From the NCBI GenBank assembly GCA_951406725.2, contig OX597818.1, forward strand, positions 128,650,001 to 128,714,000: 64,000 nt of DNA, given 5' to 3'. Within the stretch, counting starts at the first letter, position 1, and each line of letters opens with the position of its first letter. Of this stretch, positions 29,926 through 42,468 are shown in pieces. The notes under the pieces are model-generated. The model saw nothing but the letters and a program-made list of their open reading frames with translations. It had not been told where the DNA came from and did not search any database. The position numbers and the translations under genes were made by a program. Source of the stretch: Octopus vulgaris. Taxonomy: Eukaryota.

Positions 29926-31029
29926 ATGAATAGACAGTATGGTCATGGCTGGAATGCCTTTGATCATAGGTCTGTGTGATCAGTACCAACTAGGAATTAG
30001 ACAACATATACTATCATTTTGTTACTTTATTTCTATTAAAATACACTGCTTTTGGTTCAAGTAATGAATAGACAGTATGGTCATGGCTGGAATGCCTTTG
30101 ATCATAGGTCTGCATGATCAGTACCAACTAGGAATTAGACAACATATACTATCATTTTGTTACTTTATTTCTATTAAAATACACTGCTTTTGGTTCAAGT
30201 AATGAATAGACAGTATGGTCATGGCTGGAATGCCTTTGATCATAGGTCTGCATGATCAGTACCAACTAGGAATTAGACAACATATACTATCATTTTGTTA
30301 CTTTATTTCTATTAAAATACACTGCTTTTGGTTCAAGTAATGAATAGACAGTATGGTCATGGCTGGAATGCCTTTGATCATAGGTCTGCATGATCAGTAC
30401 CAACTAGGAATTAGACAACATATACTATCATTTTGTTACTTTATTTCTATTAAAATACACTACTTTTGGTTCAAGTAATGAATAGACAGTATGGTCATGG
30501 CTGGAATGCCTTTGATCATAGGTCTGTGTGATCAGTACCAACTAGGAATTAGATAACATATACTATCATTTTGTTACTTTATTTCTATTAAAATACACTA
30601 CTTTTGGTTCAAGTAATGAATAGACAGTATGGTCATGGCTGGAATGCCTTTGATCATAGGTCTGCATGATCAGTACCAACTAGGAATTAGACAACATATA
30701 CTATCATTTTGTTACTTTATTTCTATTAAAATACACTACTTTTGGTTCAAGTAATGAATAGACAGTATGGTCATGGCTGGAATGCCTTTGATCATAGGTC
30801 TGTGTGATCAGTACCAACTAGGAATTAGATAACATATACTATCATTTTGTTACTTTATTTCTATTAAAATACACTACTTTTGGTTCAAGTAATGAATAGA
30901 CAGTATGGTCATGGCTGGAATGCCTTTGATCATAGGTCTGCGTGATCAGTACCAACTAGGAATTAGACAACATATACTATCATTTTGTTACTTTATTTCT
31001 ATTAAAATACACTACTTTTGGTTCAAGTA
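29926..31029. repeat. 138-bp tandem repeat x8
   Basis: Units start at 29926, 30064, 30202, 30340, 30478, 30616, 30754 and 30892; near-identical, with no spacers. Confidence 0.97.
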
Positions 31030-31490
31030 AAATTTGAAAATAACAGAAATTAGCAAAATAATTTTTGTCGTTATTTTGCTAGTGTTTAGAACATAAATTA
31101 ACATGGAATTTTGATAGAAGATTTTAATTTAGACCAGTTTTAAATGAGAAGTTTGTATCACAGAGCTAGGGACAGTCTCAAATAGGTTGGTATCAAAAGG
31201 GTTAATCCTTTAGTTATGCTAATTTATGTTTGAGCTTATCACCTATATCTTTGGAGAAAAAAAGTTATCAAATTTGTTATTTTTCATAATTTTTGAAAAT
31301 GGCATGACAAGCAGAATTGCTTATTGATACCATCTATCTCAGCATATTGCTGGCTGATGACCCCTGTACTTAAGAGATTGAATATATAGTATTTATTTTC
31401 CAGAAAGATTGTTATGTTGTACCTTTAAAATGTTTAGCTTGTTTCACCATCCATATACTAATAGTAATGTATTTTTCTTTGTCTTTGTAG

Positions 31491-31731
31491 GAAAGAAGCT
31501 AATGTCATGGTCCTCAAATCCCGTTATAGTAACCTCTACATCCCTAGTGACTTTTTCCAAGCAAATTTCACATGGACTTCAGCTTTTCCTTTATATCGTC
31601 CATTCCAGCTGGGCACTGATTGTACTTTTCATGTGATGCCTAAAGACACTGAGCCTGTCAGTCTTAATGGCACTGAGTGTAGCGTACCAGCACTGGAACC
31701 TTCTGATGCTGACCATTTATACAGTGCTAAA
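31491..31731 (+). CDS. CCAR1: CCAR1 exon (KEANVMVLKSRYSNLYIPSDFF...DADHLYSAK)
   Basis: ctttgtag acceptor, AAA|gtaaaa donor; conserved LYIPSDFF and DADxLYSAK motifs. Confidence 0.95.
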
Positions 31732-31819
31732 GTAAAATATTTTTGTTTCTTCCTAGATCTTTTAGCATTAAGATTTTAAAGATTACTGTTTTGATATTAT
31801 GTGTGTGTTATATATTTAT

Positions 31820-32415
31820 CATCATTTTCATTTGACGTTCCCTTTTTCATGCTGGTGGGATCTGGATGATTTGACAGTGGGCTGCACCAGATTATATGTC
31901 TACTTTAGCATGGTTTCTACAGCTGGATGCCCTTCTTAATGGCAACTACTTGACAGTGTACTGGATGCTCTTTATGTGGAACCAGCACTGGTGAGGTCAC
32001 CAAGTACCAGCAAATTAAAACCCCACCCTCAACTGAGGGTATAGAGGAAGGGATAAGACACTATGATAAAAGGACAAGGAGCAGGTGCAGTCTTATAATA
32101 TCATATTTATATGTATATCAAAATCGTAATCTATCGACATCAAATGGAATTTGTAGCCGTGATACCAGTGCCGGTGGCACGTAAGAGAACCATCCGAACG
32201 TGACCGTAGCCAGCACCGCCCGACTGGCCTCCGTGCCGGTGGCACGTAAAAAGCACCCACTACACTCATGGAGTGGTTGGCGTTAGGAAGGGCATCCAGC
32301 TATAGAAACACTGCCAGATCAGACTGGGCCTGGTGCAGCCTTCTGGCTTCCCAGACCCCAGTTGAACCGTCCAACCCATGCCAGCATGGAAAGCGGACGT
32401 TAAATGATGATGATG
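31820..32415. mobile_element. Older diverged family C-like copy abutting a younger minus-orientation family C copy
   Basis: Two opposed copies of the cagctggatgcccttc motif family. Confidence 0.7.
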
Positions 32416-35095
32416 ATATAGGCACAGGTATAGTTGTGTAGTTAAAAGTTTGCTTTGCAATCATGTTATCTCAAGCTCAGTTGAACTGTGCAGCATCTTC
32501 AGCAAGGGTTTCTGCTAGAATTCTGGACTAACCAATGTCTTATGAGTTGGAACATTTCTTAAAATAAGTTCCAAAATGGTTGAAATAATTGGCTATGCAC
32601 TTTCCTTACAAATTTGTAGCATTGTATTAGTGCATTAAAATCATTGCTATTGTTACATTGAGAAGTAATACAAGGTTAGTAGAATTACTTGAGAAACAGA
32701 CTGAAATTGTCTTGCAGCAATTAATTATATCTCTTTAAATTCTGAGTTCAAATTCCATCAAGGCGTAGTTTTGTCTTTCATTTTTCTGTAGCCAAAAAAT
32801 TTTAAATGCCTGTCAACTACTGGTATTTTATCAACTGTGTTGATTATACCCCTTCTCCAAAATGTAGCCTTGAAATTGCTATTAGTTATGTCCCTTTATG
32901 CTCTGAGTTCACATGCCATCAAGTTTGATGATGCCTTTCATCCTTCCAGAGTTGATAAAATAATTAGAATCAAGTCCTGGGGATTGATTAAATCAGTTCT
33001 ACCCTCTCCCAAAATTGTGCCTTGGTTAGAAATATTATTATATGCACCATTTCCTCTTTGTGGCTTTTTTTTTTGTTCACTTTTCTTTGTGTTTTGTATC
33101 CTCAGTACTATATATGTACTTTTGGCTGTCATCCTCTCTAGCTGCTTTCTGTCCCCTCTTTTACCCTTTTCTTATGGGTGGTAGTGGAACTGAGAACTGT
33201 ATACAATAAGCTTAGTAGAATCATTAGCACATTGGACAAAATACTTAGCATTTCTTCTGTCTTTACATTGTTCAAATTCTGCTGAAGTCACCTTTGCCTA
33301 TCATTTTTTTGAAGGGATCAATAAAATAAGTATCAATTGAGCACTGGGGAGGGGAACGGGGTCAATGTAATTGGCCAGCCTCCTCTCCCAAATTTGTTAT
33401 TGTAGAAAGAATTATTATTTGGTAGGAATTGTATTCAGTGTCATTGAACTGTTCACTACACATCTCTTCATATTCTGTGCTTTTTTAATTTAGTTTTTAT
33501 ACATAACCAAAAGAGGAAGTTCTGTTTCCACAGCTCCTATTAAGGGCCTTCAAGGTTAGGGAAAGGTAGTGAGGGAGCTTTCTTCAGACAGGAAATCTAA
33601 CCTTTATTGGAAATCTAGTTCGGTATGAACTTAACTTAAGGCACTAAGGGCCAAGTGCTTGTTTAAAGTGAGTGATGGTTTAGGTCTATCACCCAAAAAC
33701 ATCTCATCTGACAGACCACCTCTTAATTTCTACGTATCGAATTTCACTCACAAGGTTTTGATCAGCTCAAGGCTATGGGGGAAGACACTTGCCCATGGTA
33801 CCAATCTGTGGGATTGAATCTGAAACCACATAGTTGTGAAGTGAACTTAACCTCACAACCACACCTACAGTTGGCTTTGCTTCATTTACTTTGGTCTCTT
33901 GTTTAAGAAAAGCTTGATTATCACACAGTGTTTAAGCAAATATTGTGGAAAAGAGATGGTTAAAAGATTATGTTTCATAACTTTATTGCCCTTTTAGCAT
34001 ATTGGCTACATTCCAACTCCATTAAATTATCTCTGTTTTAGCTATGGGCATCATGTTTTCATTTTGGGGTATACTTTCTTAAAACTTAATACTCATGATG
34101 CTAATTTAAAGACAATGGAGAATCTGGAAGCTACATGGAGCAAGTCAAATAACCATGCAGAGGTTTCTGTACTGGCTTTGATTTTTAACATGGTAAATTT
34201 CCTGGGTCTTTAATGTTAACTTATGTTTGATTTCTTCCTGAACAAGGTATGTGCTCTACTAGCACCCTAGTTTGTCTGAAGGCAGTTATCAAGGCTCTCA
34301 CTATTTCATTGTTCTGTGGCTAGTGAAGAGAAAAGTATTTAAAAGTTTGTATTTGTAAAAAATATTTGCCCTGAAAAAAAAAATAAAGGAGCCTATAATC
34401 CTACAACTGTACCTCTATACAATCATTCAAACTGTCAGAAACAGCAGCCAAATTTTCCTCAAAATTGTCCTAGATACACTGTAACTAGACCGAATACATT
34501 TTTCATTTTTTTTTTAGTGAGGTGTGAAGGCAGTACCCATAACCCTTTACAGGAGCTCTGTGACTGGGGGGAAAGAGTGAGGAAAATATCTTCAAACCAG
34601 AGACCTAGCTTGAATGCTTGCAACAGAGTAGACTCTACTAAAGGACCCCAAGGCACTGGGTGGTAGTGTTAAACTTGGCAAAGGATTAAGACTATAACGC
34701 TTGTAGGCTGTGGTGAAATTTGAACTCAGGATCCAGAGTTAGAACAAATACCACAAGGCATTCACTCTAACATTCTAGCAGTTCTGCCAATTCATTGCCC
34801 CGGTACTATTTTATTGTCATCTCTGAAAAGATGAAGGGTAATGTTGACCTCAGTGGAATTTGAACTCAGTGCTGAGAGTTGGAACAAATACTGTGAGGCA
34901 TTCCATCTGATGCTGTTCCAACTCTGCCAACGAGTTGCTGTAGTTGGAATTCTTTTGGTTCATAGATTTTCTCAGTCAGGGTTGACTTGGTGGCTAAGCA
35001 ACTATAACAACAATTCATGCAGATGTAGTAAAATCGATGTAACAGCAACTCTTGTTGTAAAAGTAATTCTTATTGATTGAAACTGTTCATTCCAG

Positions 35096-35388
35096 GTGAT
35101 GTTACTGTCAAGTCCGAAATTAGAAGACATCTTCTCAAAGTGCTGTGGGTCAGCTGATGATAGTCCAGACAATTCCCGCAATGAACAGATCAATTACCAA
35201 CACCCAACCCGTCTGATTCAGTTTCTTGTCGGGTTGAAGGGCAAAAATGAACCCATGTCTATAGGTGGGCCTTGGTCTCCATCGCTAGATGGTCCAAATC
35301 CAGCTGAGGACCCAAAAGTCCTAATCAAGACTGCTATCCGTTGTACTCGTGCCCTAACTAACATAGATCTCAGTATGTGCACACAGTG
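35096..35388 (+). CDS. CCAR1: CCAR1 exon, DBC1/Nudix-like domain (VMLLSSP...GGPWSPSLDGPNP...DLSMCTQW)
   Basis: ttccag acceptor, TG|gtaagt donor (phase 2); hallmark DBC1-domain sequence. Confidence 0.96.
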
Positions 35389-35541
35389 GTAAGTATTAGA
35401 ATATTATTTTCAGTGTTTTAACTGTTGTGTTTGCTTTTGTTTTCCTTATTTTTCAGAAACTGCTCAGTTATTTTCCAGATGAACTCGGAAATTCTTGGGA
35501 TTTGGACACCAGACTGCAGAAACGCAAACAAATCAAGTTTA

Positions 35542-35572
<31 letters not shown>

Positions 35573-36843
35573 TTTTCCTTTTTGATTCCTTTAACGTTTT
35601 CAAGATGTTTTTTTTTCTTCTTCTTTTGCATTTATCTTCTTGCAGGTAACTTGATTCTTGTTCCCTGATTTTGTCAATTCTAATTTTAGTTTGACTTCTT
35701 GTCTACAAATTAAACTCTAAATTTGATTCAAATATGTTTGTGTCTACTTGTGCACACACAAGCATCTCATTTCTTCTCTTGTATATGTACCCAAGTTGCT
35801 TTGTGTCTGTACAAAAAGCCACAAACCATTTGATATTGTGTTTGGTACTGTTGTGACAGTGAAGGTGGTGCAGATGCTAGAGAGCTAAATTTTTATGCTT
35901 TTTGACCTGTTACTTTACATTTCTGGGTAACTCAAATAAATAGTCACATTGTACAGAAAAGGGCTTAAATTGTTTTTCCATGCTAGAGGAAAGATTACCA
36001 TTGGGTTGGCTTTGCCTTTTATTCTTCATGGTCCAATAAAATGAAGTACTTGTCAAATACCAAAGTTAATGTAATTGAGTATAAATTCACTCAAAATTTC
36101 TCAGTTTATGCCTGTTATAAGTTATTAAATTGTATCAAGACAAACTTTACTTTTCATCTCTTTGGAAATTGATGAAATATCACTCAAATAACTGGTCCCT
36201 CCCCATAAATCTATAGTTTTTTGTCTTTGCTAGAAATCATCATTATTATTATTATGAAAGTAAACAAGGTGGTTAGCTGGCAAAACCATTAGTGTGCCAG
36301 GCGAAATGCTTAGCAGCATTTTGTCCATTTTTGTGTTCTGAGTTCAAATTCAGTCAGGGTTGACTTTGTCTGTCATCCTTTCAGGATGAAAGTACCAGTT
36401 GAGCTCTGGTGCCAATGTTATCGATTTAACTCCTCTCTGAAATTGCTGGCCTTGTGCCAAAATTTGAAATACTTGTTATGAAAATAGATTTATCCTGGCA
36501 AGCTTGTTCTGCATCCCATTTGAGCTGTTCCACTTTCCTCATAATGCTAATGGATTGAGAATAAAATAAATGTCGTGCATAAGTTTATTGTCTTTAATAT
36601 GTCTATCTGGTTGTATGTATTCGCTGCATCCTATTAGACAATGGATGCAGCATGGCCAAATGGTTAAGAAGTTTGTTTTCACAACCATGTTTTCACAATC
36701 ATAAGGTAGGTCTCTGGGATTGATCCCACTGTGAAACATCTTAGGGCAAGTGTTTTCTGATGTTGTTTCAGGACAACCCAAGCCTTGTGAGTGAGACTGA
36801 GTACACAGATGGACTATACCTGTAATTCAAAGGTACACCCTTC

Positions 36844-36875
<32 letters not shown>

Positions 36876-37048
36876 TCACACACACACACATGCACACACA
36901 TTGTGTCAAGCTGATTCTGTCTGAGAATTACATAAGGGGTATATGTGTCTATGGAATGCTCAACTTGCACAAAAATTCAATGAGTAGGCAATTTGGTTGA
37001 TCTGGTTCAGCAATTGAATCCTTATCATCTAAGCTAACACAAATCTAT

Positions 37049-37432
37049 TTACTCTTTTACTTGTTTCAGTCATTTGACTGCGGCCATGCTGGAGCACCGC
37101 CTTTAATCGAGCAACTCGACCCCGGGACTTATTCTTTTGTAAGCCTAGTACTTATTCTATCGGTCTCTTTTGCCGAACCGCTAAGTGACGGGGACGTAAA
37201 CACACCAGCATCGGCTGTCAAGCAATGCTAGGGGGATAGACACAGACACACACACGCATACATATATACGACAGGCTTCTTTCAGTTTCTGTCTACCAAA
37301 TCCACTCACAAGGCTTTGGTCGGCCCGAGCCTATAGTAGAAGACACTTGCCCAAGGTGCCACGCAGTGGGACTGAACCCGGAACCATGTGGCTGGTAAAC
37401 AAGCTACTTACCACACAGCCACGCCTGCGCCT
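37049..37432 (-). mobile_element. SINE family B, full length
   Basis: Same sequence family as 13378-13784. Confidence 0.82.
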
Positions 37433-37945
37433 ATATACTGTATACAGAGACAAAATTTCTGAACAGATACGTATGATAAACTACCAGCTTGTGGGTTGCA
37501 TGTTCATATATACTGCAAGTATTTTGTTGCAATGCAGGCATTTGATGCTGCATGCCACAATTCCCCTAGCTGTCATGAATAAATATCAGTTGGGGTTTTT
37601 TTTTTGTTTTGTGTGGGTGTGGAGAATCACTGGAATTTATTCCTAGATATGGGATACATCTGGCTACAAATGCTCAGGTAATTGTCTGTATTAGTGTATA
37701 GGATAGATATTGTTCTGTTTGTATTGTTTTGTAATTGTTAGTCACTTTGTTGCCATTGTGACAAAATAATGAAATTATTATTATTAATGTTATTACTATT
37801 ATTATTAATATTGTTATTGTTTCTATTGTCAGTGTTGTTTGCTTTTAAAATAATTTCCATGTTTTGATGTTCATATGGAATGTTGTCAAACAATTTGAAA
37901 AAATTAATACCACTAAATTATTTTTTCTTATTAATGTTGTTGATT

Positions 37946-38011
<66 letters not shown>

Positions 38012-38105
38012 ATAGCAATGGCTGTTGTTTGAACAGTCAGATATTCAAAGTTCTCGTCCATCTTTTTAGCAAAATCTTCTTTTTTCATTAACACCTTCCT
38101 AACAG

Positions 38106-38358
38106 GTATCGATTCGCAGAGATACGGTACATTCGTCCTGAGGAGATGCACAAGGGGCGACTGGTGCCTGCTCGTGTTGAAACTGTCGTGCTTTTCTTGC
38201 CAGATGTCTGGAGCATTCGTCCAACGTGCCTGGAGTGGGAGTCATTGAGGGCTGCCTATAAAAGTCACCTGCAGAAGAAGCTAGCAGGAAGCAGCAGCAG
38301 CAGCGTCAACAGCAGCGGTGGCACTGCCACTGATTCCAAGGATGACACAACTACTCAG
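38106..38358 (+). CDS. CCAR1: CCAR1 exon, end of the DBC1 domain (YRFAEIRYIRPEEMHKGRLVPARVETVVLFLPDVW...DDTTTQ); 3' end at a probable GC donor
   Basis: aacag acceptor completes the Trp codon TG|G. Coding-like sequence ends at CAG|gcactc, in phase 0 as the next exon requires. The 3' boundary is less certain than the 5'. Confidence 0.88.
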
Positions 38359-39772
38359 GCACTCAACCCTTCTAATCTTTTTTCTCTTTTCTTTCATGCT
38401 TTTTCTTTTAAATGTTTAGTTTAACAACTACAAATATATATATATCTGTATACGCATACATATATATATCTTCCCCTTGAATTAACAACTACTTCAGGAT
38501 ATATCAAACTGATACAATTTGCCCAGGAACATTGCTACAGTCCTGTACTTTTCTGTTTCAACTTTCATATCATCCACATATAAATGTAATATATCAATAC
38601 TAGCAAAAGCAAGTCTATTAATATAGAGTGAAAATTATGTAAGTCTTGTTTAATGTGCATTTTCTATGTTAGCATTGGTTAGGTGAAAAATTGAGGTAGG
38701 ATTGCATTACCAAATGCTCTTCCTCTCACCAACCATTACTTATTTTTCAAGTAAGGAAATTTTTGTTCAAGAGGTCTGCACAGAGTAACTGGGGATGACA
38801 CCGACAAAGAACATCGACGTTCATGCATATAAGATATGAGCACATGCACACATATGTATGACAGGTTCTTGCAATTTCTATCTACAAAAGTCAATCACAA
38901 GGCATTAGTCAAACCATGGTTATAGTAGCAGGCACTTAACCCAGGTGCTATGTGGTGGAACTGACCCTGAAATCACTTAACTGTGCCTATAATTGAAAAT
39001 TTATAAGTATCACATATAAAAAAAGGAATTAAAATGTTTAAATTTATTTTCCTGGGGGGGGGGGCAAAAGGGTGTCCAGCCATAAAACACTACTTTAAAA
39101 TGTCCCATCTGACCCATGCCAACAAAGAAAAAGTAAGTGTAAAGATGATGATGATGATGATAGAAGACCTACATAGTATTAGTTGCTTTGGTTGTGTTCT
39201 TAACTGCTGTCTTCGTTATTCTGGTTTTTAGCAGTTTTTAGAAACTTGCATGTACTCTATTGACACAGTCAGGTCTTTAATATCAAATATGGTCTTGTTT
39301 TAATAAAACAATTCACATTATTCACTGCTAAGAACACATTCTCCAAGTATAATTCAAATGTCCAAATTTTGGATGAGCATTCTTCTCTTGATACGAAAAT
39401 ATACGGTATCAAGTAATAAAGAAAACAGATACGCTTAGCTTTAAGCTTCCCTACTTAGTTTCTTGTTTCTTCAGAGTTTCTGTATATATTTATGTCATCC
39501 CAGGTTGAAGAAAAGATGTGTGTGTGTATGTATGTATGTATATGTTCCCTCCAGGCTGGATTATAGAGGTTTCAGTTGTGCTCCTTTTTTACTTGTATTT
39601 ATATTTTTAATGGCAAAGTAAGAGGAGGAATGATAATGCCTATGAGGTTTTTTTCCATGGCCTTTATATACTGATAGGAGGTAGTTATCTTCAGGCAAGA
39701 GACTTCGTTCATATACTTGCAACAGAATGGACTCCACTTGAGGCACTCAGTCGCCAGGTGTTGATGTTAAAC

Positions 39773-39905
39773 TTTGCCTTTCATCCTTTCGGGGTCGATA
39801 AATTAAGTACCAGTTACGCACAGGGGTCGATGTAATCGACTTAATACCTATGTCTGTCCTTGTTTGTCCCCTCTGTCTTTAGCCCCTTGTGGGTAATAAA
39901 GAAAT
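39773..39905 (+). mobile_element. 5'-truncated SINE family A with 17-bp TSD
   Basis: aggtgttgatgttaaac at 39756-39772 and 39906-39922. Confidence 0.82.
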
Positions 39906-41472
39906 AGGTGTTGATGTTAAACCAGGCACAGGATTGAGTCTATCACTGAAATTTCTCATCAGACAAGTTTTAGATTAACCTGCTAGCATTCAGATTACTC
40001 TGTGAAATGTAATGCTTATCTATTCACAATGGTTTAAATTAATTATGCATATTTTCTTCTGGCTTTAAGAATGATATTGTAGGGTAGGTGCAAGAGGCCA
40101 GATCTGTCTAGTTTGAACATAAAACAGGTGGAATATTTGGGCTGGATATGGCCAGATTAAATGCTTTTGGATTAAAGAATAAATAAACCAGGGTTTTGGA
40201 ATAAATATATGTTCAGACTTTGATGAAATAGGAAAAGGAAAACAATAGGTGATTGGTGCTGAAATAACTACTGATATTATCATTTTTGTCTATTTTCCTA
40301 TCCTGTAAGATCCCACTCTATGGTGACTGGGGGAGGGGTAGTTTTAGTTTGTTATCAGTGTTCAGATTTGATGCATTTTGAAATGTCTATTAATCCTTTA
40401 GCGCTCAGATTACTGTCAAATGTAATGCTTATTTATTAACATTTTTAAAAACTAATCATATATTATCTTATAGCTTTGAGAGCTATAAAGATGTAATTGC
40501 TTTCTTTAGAATCACATTGCAGAACAAGTGTGAGAGGCTGAATCTGCCCAGTTTAAACATAAAACAGGTAGAATATTTGGGCTAAATATGGCCAGTTTAA
40601 ATGCTAAAGGGTTCAAATCTCTTTTCTTCTCTAGAAATCTATACACATATGCCGATGTCAATAATTAATGTTACCTAAACATTTCTATTTTCAAACAATG
40701 GGATTAATGTAAGTGTTATACGTGAAATGGATGAATGGACAAGTAATTGGATCACCAGCTCATATCTTGGGAGTAATATCCTTTCAAAGGAGGCATTTTG
40801 TTATGCCTCTAAGCGGGATATTTTATATGGCCAGCTCTCAGTTCCTTCAAGCTACACAAAATAGCTGCCAGAATTTTGCACTATCTTAAAGGCTTTGTTG
40901 TATTTAGTTTACACTATGGCAAATGAAGTTTAGCACATTCTTATGTATTCTTGGGCTTTGTGAAAGTATTCACTTTTTAGAAGTTGGTATATGGAATCTA
41001 ATGCTACTTGAAATTTAACAGCGGAATTACAATGATTAGAGCTCTTATTTTCTTGGACGTTATTCTTCACTTTACTCACTTGTCAAAACATTAATAGGTG
41101 AGTCTTAATGCTTCTAACAATTTTTAATTAGAATAAACTCATTCCTTAAACATCATATGTTAGTGTTTTTCAGTTTTGTTTATTTGCATTTTACTTTTTT
41201 TTTATCTTATCTTTTTTTCATTGTGTGTCATGCCTTACAGTTGGTAAAATTGACAAGTTGTAGACATATACTTGAACTGAAAAGAGTTTAGTCTTTTGAG
41301 AGAAATAAATTCAATAGGAAAGAAATAGTCCATTTATGCAAGTAGTCAGGCCATCATACTTCATTTGCATAAATTTGTAAGGCTGTCCTCAAATCTTTGC
41401 ATGGGCTTGGAAAAGTCATTATGTAAACAATCCTGTATATCAAAAATGACTTGAAATCTGATTAACAAACCT

Positions 41473-41696
41473 TTAACCCTTTCGTTACCAACCCGGCTGA
41501 ATCTGGCTCTGTAGTACAAATGTCTTGTTTTCATAAGTTTTAAATTAAAATCTTCCACCATACCTTAGTCACAGTTTATGTTCCTAACACTAGCTTAATG
41601 ATAACTAAGTTATTTTACTAAATCCTTTGTTATATTTATAATTAATTCAAAGAAACACAGAACATCTCAAAATAAATACGGTAACAAAAGGGTTAA
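41473..41696. mobile_element. piggyBac-type MITE family A
   Basis: TTAA-CCCTTTCGTTAC ... GTAACAAAAGGG-TTAA. Confidence 0.8.
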
Positions 41697-42240
41697 ATGT
41701 TGTCTGATACAGCGTAAGGGAAAATGATAATGTGCATTATATGTTTTGTTATTTCTCTTGAGGTGTCCTATAATAGAAGTTTGGTGTGTATGAAAGAAAG
41801 ATGTAGTGAGATGTTTTAGACTTGGCTGTAGTCGACTTAGAAAATTCCATTACGTTTTTTAAATCATTTTCTCCCAGAATAGTTAAAGTTGTGTAGGGTG
41901 GTGTATAACACACATATACACACACAATATGGTAAATTAACATCTACAAGTATCCATTCTCTCCTGTTAATGTTTAGACAGCATTTTAAGTTCAGGTTTT
42001 GATTTTTGGTAATTATTTATCAAGCTTTTTCTTTCCTTTTCATTTAATTTTTAATTTTCACTGATATCATCATCATCATTTAATGTCTGTTTTCCATGCT
42101 GGCATGGGTTGGATGGTTTGACAGGAGCCAGCAAGCCAGAAGATTGCACCAAGCTTCACTGTCTGTTTTGACATGTTTTTTTATGGCTGGATGCCCTTCC
42201 TAACACCATCCACCTTACATAGTGGACATATATATTGAAA

Positions 42241-42468
42241 AGGCAGCGAGCTGGCAGAAACGTTAGCACGCTGGGCGAAATGCGTTGCCATATTTCGTCT
42301 GCCGTTACATTCCGAGTTCAAATTCCGCCGAGGTCGACTTTGCCTTTCATCCTTCTGGTGTCGATAAATTAAGTACCAGTTACGCACTGGGGTCGATGTA
42401 ATCGACTTAATCCCTTTGTCCTTGTTTGTCTCCTCTGTGTTTAGCCCCTTGTGGGTAGTAAAGAAATA
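42241..42468 (+). mobile_element. SINE family A
   Basis: Full head and core, as at 1506. Confidence 0.8.

Noticed and set aside
29926-31029. Possible CRISPR-like array
   Set aside because: Units are contiguous and near-identical with no unique spacers, the context is a eukaryotic intron, and there are no cas genes.
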